DNA of 64,000 nucleotides, from positions 1,152,001 through 1,216,000 of the forward strand of contig OZ242318.1 in the NCBI GenBank assembly GCA_965208105.1, in the 5' to 3' direction. A program made the translations under genes and the position numbers. Shown in pieces: positions 58,116 through 64,000 of the stretch. Every line of letters starts with the position of its first letter. Positions within the stretch are counted from its first letter, which is position 1. Source of the DNA: Candidatus Latescibacterota bacterium. Its GTDB lineage: Bacteria; Latescibacterota; UBA2968; UBA8231. A model generated the notes under the pieces. That model had not been told where the DNA came from and made no database searches. It worked only from the letters and a program-made list of their open reading frames with translations.

Positions 58116-61079
58116 TCAGAGCACCCGGCCGAATTCGGTGAAGCCGATCAGGTTGCGCACGAAGAACGACCAACCGTCGAAGTTCCTGAAACTCTGGTAG
58201 CGGTCGTCCCAGTCCAGCTTTTCCCGCTGCAGGCCCACGATGGTCTGCATGTCGTAGCCGAAGTAGCGCGAGCTGTTGGTCAGGGTGATCACCGCGGTGC
58301 GCTGCTCCAGGCTGTTGCGCTTCTCGGTGCGGTCGTCGAGGCGGTAGGGCAGCGGACCCCAGCCCTGCACACCCACCTGCAGCGCGCTGCGGCTCATCAG
58401 CAGGTACCTCAGCTTGAGGATGGGGATAATCCGGGACTCCGAGCGCAGGACGCTTCCCGACCCCTGGTCCGCCAGCCGCAGAATCAGGAACTTGAGCTGC
58501 GGATTCAGGCTGAATTTCCCCCAGTGCAGGCCGTAGTCCACCTGGCTCACCCAGGTCCGGAAGTCCAGCCGCCGCTGGCGCTGAAAAAGCCCGTTTGCCA
58601 GCCGGCCGCCCTGCTGCCAGTTCAGCCGCAGCCGCAGCTTCTGCACCAGGTGCAGTCCCGCAAATGGCCGGAACCGGCCCTCCAGGTAGGTCTCGTTGAC
58701 GTAGCTGTCCTGGTAGCCGAGCAGGTCCGGGCGCACCCTCAGAATCCCCCCCAGGCGCCGCACGGCTCCCTCGAATTGCTGCGTATAGGCGTCTATTCCC
58801 TCGAACCCGCCCAGCACGTATTCGTTGAACTCGTCGGGGATGTCGTCCTCCACGCGGCGGAACTGGTTCTCGATGAAGAGCCGCCGCACCCGCATGACCC
58901 CTTCCCTCCTGTAGTTCACCAGGGCATAGGTGGAGCGGTTGCGCCCCCCGCCTGACATACCTGCCACGGCGTATCGGCCCAGGGCAAGGGAACCGTGGCG
59001 CCCCAGGTTCAGCTGCCCGAAAAGGTGGAAGCCGCGCTGGTCCGCGTCGTAGGGGTAGTCGGCCGCCCAATCGTCCTCGCGGTGGTCGGGCTCGTCGTTG
59101 TTGTTGCGGTCGAGGCCATAGGCGTAGTCGTTGGGCTCCACCGCATACATAAGGAAGGTCTCCTCGTAGTCGGGGATGCCGTTGAAGTTCTGGTCCGTGT
59201 CCACCTGGCCGTCGCGGTCCTCGTCCTGCCCCGGGAACACTCCATCCCCTTCCCGCCCCCTCACCTGCGGACTGCCGAGAACATTGCCCAGGAGAACGTC
59301 GGGCCAGCGGTCCCCGTCCTCGTTGTCCTGCACCAGGCGCCAGATGACCGACTCGTTGGCGAGGTTGGTCATCACCCCGTAGGCGCGGTCCGAGCGGTAG
59401 CCGTGATCCTTGGCAAGATAGGTCTCCATCTCGGTGGTGAAGTCCGGATTCATGGAGAAGAACTCCGCCCCCAGCCTGCCGCGCCCGAAGCGGTGCAGCG
59501 CATTGACGAAGTAGGCCGAGCCTCCATGGCCGAAGCGCGGACTGCGGTCGATCAGAGGCTGCTCTCCCGCGCGGGCGGGGAAGCGCCCGTAGATGGTCGA
59601 GCGCGCGTACTCACCGCTCACCTCCAGCCATGGCAGCAGGAGGTTCATGTCGGCGCTGTAGGTGAAGATCGCCGTATTCTCCCCCACCTCGAACCGCACC
59701 TTCCGCAGGTTCGAGCCGTCCTCGACCCGGCCCCTGGACCGCAGCGCCTGGCGGAAGAAGGTGCTGCGAAAGCGCTGCTCGAACTTGGGCGCTCCGGCGT
59801 TTCCGGGATACACGTAGACGCCCGCCCACTCCAACCGGTAGTCGTCGCCGACCAGGGCCTCCACTTCAACCGACTCGACGAGGGGTTCCTCCTGGAGATC
59901 GAAAAGGAAGATCAGCTGATCGGGACCGTCGGCGCGCAGAATGCCCTCGGAGGTCTCGAGGGCGAAATTGGCCACCAGCCCCTCCAGGTGGGTATCGCCG
60001 CTCACGTCCGCTCCGGCCTCGTGGGCGAGGCGGTAGAGATAGTCGGCGAAGAGGGGGATCTCCCGTCCCCGATAGTAGCCCGGGGGACCGGCGAGGCTGG
60101 TGTAGTAGACCGGAAGGAAATTACCCGAGCCCGAGAGGGTGCGCCCCACCTGGGAGGGAGCGCCGGCGCGGTGGCGGATAACCCGGGGCTGCAGGTCCGG
60201 GCGGGGATGGCCGTTGACCACCAGGCCAACCTCCTGGACGCTGGCGCCGCCGAGGCCGTCCTCCGGCGCGTCGTCCGAGACGCGCACGATGAGCCACTCG
60301 AAGAGCGGCTGGTCCAGCCGCAGCATGCCCCTGGCGCTGTTGCCGGGCTGGGTGCTGTTGTAGGCGTGCAGGTTCGCCCCGTTCACCCCCAGGCTGAGGC
60401 GGCCCAGGTCGACCTGGGCGCGGGCACCCACCAGCATGGTCGAATGGTCGACCTCGATCTGGCCCACATTCTCGGCGGGCTGGTAGGTCTCCCGGTTGGG
60501 GCGCGCGATGCGCGATCCCACCCCGGTGAACTTGACGTAGGGCGTCGACAGATCCAGGCGCAGGCCGTTCAGATCGGTCTTCGACAAGGTCAGCGGACTG
60601 AAGCGGGCCAGCAGACCGTCCCCCGTCAGGATACTGTAGCCCCACCCGCCATAGCCGTCCCGCGCCACCGCCACGTTCGAGAACACCAGGTGCCAGGCCG
60701 ACCAGTCCTTGAAGAGCTCGCTGCCCCAGCGCTGTTCCGGCTGGCGCCGCTCGATCCAGTAGTACAGGTCGTATGCCGTGCTGAGATAGTTCCCCATGGG
60801 ATCGTAGATGTCCCGCTGGCGGTCGATCCCGAGGGCCACGCCACCCCCCTGCTGCGATCCCACCGTGCGCACCGACCAGGTGTGATCCGGGTACTGCTGG
60901 AAAGGATCGTAGACGAAGTTCCTGTAAGCCGGACGCTCGTAGCGCAGAAAAGGCCGGGATGCCACCACCTCGGAAACGGCGGGATGCTCCCCATCCTCCG
61001 CATCTGCCGCCGACAGCGGCAGCAGCGCTGCGGCGAGCACCGCCAAGACCGGTTTTCTGTGACGAGTTCGCCAGTCCAT
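58116..61079 (-). CDS. large secreted/outer-membrane protein with Dx[DN]xDG-like loops (paralog B)
   Basis: Signal peptide; QDNEDGDRWPD, DEDRDGQVD, LDRNNNDEPD; C-terminus LIGFTEFGRVL versus LIGFTEYGRLY in paralog A. Confidence 0.75.
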   Translation of the reverse strand: MDWRTRHRKPVLAVLAAALLPLSAADAEDGEHPAVSEVVASRPFLRYERPAYRNFVYDPFQQYPDHTWSVRTVGSQQGGGVALGIDRQRDIYDPMGNYLSTAYDLYYWIERRQPEQRWGSELFKDWSAWHLVFSNVAVARDGYGGWGYSILTGDGLLARFSPLTLSKTDLNGLRLDLSTPYVKFTGVGSRIARPNRETYQPAENVGQIEVDHSTMLVGARAQVDLGRLSLGVNGANLHAYNSTQPGNSARGMLRLDQPLFEWLIVRVSDDAPEDGLGGASVQEVGLVVNGHPRPDLQPRVIRHRAGAPSQVGRTLSGSGNFLPVYYTSLAGPPGYYRGREIPLFADYLYRLAHEAGADVSGDTHLEGLVANFALETSEGILRADGPDQLIFLFDLQEEPLVESVEVEALVGDDYRLEWAGVYVYPGNAGAPKFEQRFRSTFFRQALRSRGRVEDGSNLRKVRFEVGENTAIFTYSADMNLLLPWLEVSGEYARSTIYGRFPARAGEQPLIDRSPRFGHGGSAYFVNALHRFGRGRLGAEFFSMNPDFTTEMETYLAKDHGYRSDRAYGVMTNLANESVIWRLVQDNEDGDRWPDVLLGNVLGSPQVRGREGDGVFPGQDEDRDGQVDTDQNFNGIPDYEETFLMYAVEPNDYAYGLDRNNNDEPDHREDDWAADYPYDADQRGFHLFGQLNLGRHGSLALGRYAVAGMSGGGRNRSTYALVNYRREGVMRVRRLFIENQFRRVEDDIPDEFNEYVLGGFEGIDAYTQQFEGAVRRLGGILRVRPDLLGYQDSYVNETYLEGRFRPFAGLHLVQKLRLRLNWQQGGRLANGLFQRQRRLDFRTWVSQVDYGLHWGKFSLNPQLKFLILRLADQGSGSVLRSESRIIPILKLRYLLMSRSALQVGVQGWGPLPYRLDDRTEKRNSLEQRTAVITLTNSSRYFGYDMQTIVGLQREKLDWDDRYQSFRNFDGWSFFVRNLIGFTEFGRVL

Positions 61080-61269
61080 AGCTTTCACCAACCTGCAATC
61101 CTGTTCCTCAGTTCGGTATGGTTACTATAAGAAACCGGAACCCCCGGCACCAGTAGCTACACCCCCATCCGGCACCCCTCGGGCAGGGCGTCATTGGGGC
61201 ACTCGGCGCGGTCCGGAGAGCACCTTCAGGCCGCCGTTTCGCATCGCGTCGAGGCGATTGCGGTCCAAC

Positions 61270-61298
61270 TTGATCGCCTGCTCTCTCCTGCCTATAAT
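61270..61298 (+). promoter_or_regulatory. sigma70 promoter for membrane protein 61433
   Basis: TTGATC, 17 nt, TATAAT. Confidence 0.65.
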
Positions 61299-61432
61299 TT
61301 GGAGCCGAATCAGGACCCCCGGCGGCCGCCGCCCGGCCGCGCCCGTTTCGCTCCCCCGGACCGCAGCGGAAGTCTCGATCAGGCTTCCCGGCAACCGCCT
61401 CCACCATCCGTCCCCTCCCAGGCCAATTCAGC

Positions 61433-63427
61433 ATGGCGGCCAGCAGATTTCCCGCCGACCAACACGGATCGCAATCCGGCGCTTCGGGACCACCTCCGGA
61501 GATCACCCGCCGCGCCGTGATTCTGGGCCTGGCGACGACGGTGGGCATGATTCTCTACGTCATCTACATCGCCCAGCGCACCGGCGTCGGCTCCTTCGTG
61601 CACTCCCAGCTGCCCCTGCTGGCGCTGATGCCCTTCGTTCTCTGGCTCTTCGCCAACGTGGGCCTGGCGCGCATCTGGCCAGCCAAGGCTTTGAAGACAG
61701 GCGAGCTTCTGACCATCCTCGCCATGCTCTGGATCGTCGGCACCCTGCCCGGCTGGCTGGGGCGGTGGGCATCCATCGTCGCCTCACCCACCCACTTCGC
61801 CTCCAACGAAAATCAGTACGCGGAACATTTCTTCGACTACCTTCCCTGGCACGTCCTGACCCCCACCACCGCGCGGGTGCTGGACAGTTTCTGGCTGGGG
61901 CTGCCAGAGGGCGCCCCCATCCCCTGGGACGGATGGATCGGGGTGACGCTGCAGTGGCTGGGCGTGTCCCTGGCCATGGTGGTGTTCGGCCTCTGCATCT
62001 TCGTGCTCTTCCAGGCCCAATGGGAGGAACGGGAGAAATTGACCTTCCCCCTGGCCCAGCTGCCGCTCGACCTCGTGCGCGGAATGGACGGACCGCGCCG
62101 GCTCCCCGGGCTGTTTCGCCGCCGCCTGTTCTGGATCGGATTCGGGGTGGTGCTGCTGCCCATGCTCTTCAACATCGGCACCCATTTTTCACCCGGCCTT
62201 CTACCCCTAGCCTTCAACACCCAGATCTTCCGCCTGGAACTGAGCGAGTACCTCTACCGGGTCAACATCCGCTACATGCCCATGGTCATGGCGGTGACCT
62301 ACCTCTGCCCCGTCGACATCCTGGGCAGCCTGGTCCTTTTCCGCCTCATGAGCCTGGTCAAGGCCGGAATGCTGGTGCGCACAGGGCTCTCCTTCGGCGC
62401 CGAGGGCCAGCAGATCCAGGGGGAGCGGCTGCTTTTCATGGAAAATTACGGCGCATTGATGTTCATCGCCCTGTGGGCCATCTGGATCGCCCGGGGCCAC
62501 CTGCGCCGCACCTGGCGCCTGGCCAGGGACGGCAGCGGTCCCCCCTCAACCGTGGCGCGCTACCGCCTGGCGTGGATTGGACTGCTGCTCTCGGCCGCCT
62601 ACGTGGTGGGATGGGCGGTGAGCCTGGGAATGAGCCTGGGACTAGCCCTGGGTTCGTTCCTGCTCATGTCCCTGACCTTTTTCGTCACCGCCAAGCTGAT
62701 CGCGGCCACCGGCTTCGCCTACCTTGTGCCCTACCGGCCCTTTCTGAAAGGCGTGCCCTTCGTCGTCGACCTGGTGGGAACGGCGAGGCTTTCGGCCCGC
62801 GGCCTCACCGGGTTCCACCTGTTCACCAGCTATGCGTTCTTCGGTGGAGCCCTCATCCCCGCCTGGCCCGCGCTGACCCATCACCTGCGCCTGTTCTCCA
62901 TGAAAGTGCAGCCCCTGAGAGTGTGCGCCGCCGCCCTCCTCGCCTTCGCCGTGGCCTTTGCGGCGGCGGTGGTGGCCAACATCGAGATCGGCTACCGGGA
63001 CGGGGCCGCGGGCTTCACCTCCGAGTGGTGGATGACCGCGCGCTTCTTCGACCCGCTGGTCTATCTGCTGAACAACCGCACGGTGCTGGACTGGGAGAAG
63101 ATCGGAGTGTTCCTGTTCGGCGGAACGCAGGCGGCGGCCATGACCTATCTGCGCAGCCGCTACCACTGGTTCTCCCTGCATCCGGTCGGGCTGGCCTTCC
63201 AGGAGTCATTCTGGCTGGACCTGTACTGGTTCAACCTGGCCATCGTCTGGGCGGTCAAGGTGGCCCTGTTGCGCTACGGCGGAGCCCGTGCCTACATGGC
63301 AGGCAAACCCTTCTTCTACGGCATGGGCATCGGCTACGTGATCGGTGTCACCCTCTCCGCCGTGGTGGACCTGATCTGGTTCCCCGCCGACGGCCACATC
63401 GCCGCGGGTCCCCACGGCATCGGATAG
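61433..63427 (+). CDS. DUF6785/DUF6784-type multi-pass membrane protein (paralog B)
   Basis: ITRRAV, QWEEREKLTFPLAQ, WFSLHPVG, GKPFFYG. Confidence 0.75.
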   Translation: MAASRFPADQHGSQSGASGPPPEITRRAVILGLATTVGMILYVIYIAQRTGVGSFVHSQLPLLALMPFVLWLFANVGLARIWPAKALKTGELLTILAMLWIVGTLPGWLGRWASIVASPTHFASNENQYAEHFFDYLPWHVLTPTTARVLDSFWLGLPEGAPIPWDGWIGVTLQWLGVSLAMVVFGLCIFVLFQAQWEEREKLTFPLAQLPLDLVRGMDGPRRLPGLFRRRLFWIGFGVVLLPMLFNIGTHFSPGLLPLAFNTQIFRLELSEYLYRVNIRYMPMVMAVTYLCPVDILGSLVLFRLMSLVKAGMLVRTGLSFGAEGQQIQGERLLFMENYGALMFIALWAIWIARGHLRRTWRLARDGSGPPSTVARYRLAWIGLLLSAAYVVGWAVSLGMSLGLALGSFLLMSLTFFVTAKLIAATGFAYLVPYRPFLKGVPFVVDLVGTARLSARGLTGFHLFTSYAFFGGALIPAWPALTHHLRLFSMKVQPLRVCAAALLAFAVAFAAAVVANIEIGYRDGAAGFTSEWWMTARFFDPLVYLLNNRTVLDWEKIGVFLFGGTQAAAMTYLRSRYHWFSLHPVGLAFQESFWLDLYWFNLAIVWAVKVALLRYGGARAYMAGKPFFYGMGIGYVIGVTLSAVVDLIWFPADGHIAAGPHGIG

Positions 63428-63598
63428 TCTGCCACCGAGTCCCTTGCAGTAACCTGGAAGGATCGCCCAGGAATCGAGGCAGAGGAAAGAAGCCGCAATG
63501 GCCGTGTTGAGCGAACGGGACCGGGAGTTAAGGCGGTGCCTCGTTCCGGCAGCCGCGATAATCCGCTCCCAGGTGCCGGCAATCCCCCCTCCCGGGAC

Positions 63599-63671
63599 AA
63601 AAAAATCTGGCCGGCCTGCCAGCGGCGGCGCCTCCCGGAAGAGGACGCCCGGCATGACAGACCGGCCAGAT
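63599..63671 (-). terminator. probable intrinsic terminator of the minus-strand gene
   Basis: ATCTGGCCGG (63605-63614) / CCGGCCAGAT (63662-63671) stem with nested inner stem, then a U-tract on the minus strand. Confidence 0.55.
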
Positions 63672-63723
63672 CCACATGGTGCTCGGAAGCGTCAACGACA
63701 GCTTCCGGGCGGATCCTTCCAGC

Positions 63724-64000
63724 TTACTTCAGCAAGGTCATGGACCGCGTCGCAGTGAAGCCGCCGGCTTCCATGCGATAGAAGTAGACCCCGCTTGAGA
63801 CCTTCCCGGCCCCCTTGTCGAGCCCGTTCCATACCGACTTGTAGGAACCGGCGCCCAGCTCCTCGTCCACCAGGGTGGCTACCAGCTGGCCGGCGGTGTT
63901 GAACACCTCGATGCGCACCTGACTGGCGAAGGGCACGCTGAACTCGATGGTGGTCTCGGGGTTGAACGGGTTTGGATAGGCGTCGCCCAGGACGTAGCTG
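63724..64000 (-). CDS. C-terminal FlgD-Ig / T9SS-type-A-like sorting domain of a secreted protein (5' truncated by window)
   Basis: YPNPFNPETTIEF..VFNTAGQLVATL..WNG..SSGVYFYRM..MTLLK. Confidence 0.9.
   Translation of the reverse strand, partial: SYVLGDAYPNPFNPETTIEFSVPFASQVRIEVFNTAGQLVATLVDEELGAGSYKSVWNGLDKGAGKVSSGVYFYRMEAGGFTATRSMTLLK

Noticed and set aside
63428-63598. Possible small ORFs or ncRNA after the DUF6785-type gene
   Set aside because: No coding signal or recognisable RNA motif beyond the terminator-like hairpins.
1-64000. CRISPR array, tRNA/rRNA, cobalamin riboswitch
   Set aside because: No spaced direct repeats, cloverleaf or B12-box recognised by eye; a covariance-model search would be needed to exclude divergent RNAs.

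Overview
GC-rich (by eye about 65-70%), densely coding bacterial chromosome segment. Gene content suggests a diderm of the FCB group, most likely Latescibacterota-like (inference): LptE, an FlgD/T9SS-like C-terminal domain, DUF6785-type membrane proteins and five PhyH dioxygenases. Housekeeping genes are lipA, mnmG, adk, a DusB-like gene, S41 and M23 peptidases and lptE. The strongest new observation is a 94-aa DUF5069-like gene missed by the ORF track (28410-28694, - strand), with an in-frame TGA where the family has Cys and a SECIS-like hairpin just after it: a candidate selenoprotein. A seven-gene cobalamin-dependent methyl-transfer operon (12.76-20.27 kb) lies divergent from a GntR/FadR regulator and has a clear operator. 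One PhyH dioxygenase carries an in-frame IS630-transposase-like HTH domain. There is a TA-flanked MITE in one full and one truncated copy, and a lower-GC patch (37-40 kb) with a probably leaderless Fic-HTH gene. The right third holds paralogous uncharacterised families: two ~980-aa secreted proteins with Ca-binding-like loops, two DUF6785-type membrane proteins and three beta-propeller-like proteins. No tRNA, rRNA or CRISPR array was seen. Family names come from motif recognition, not database searches.
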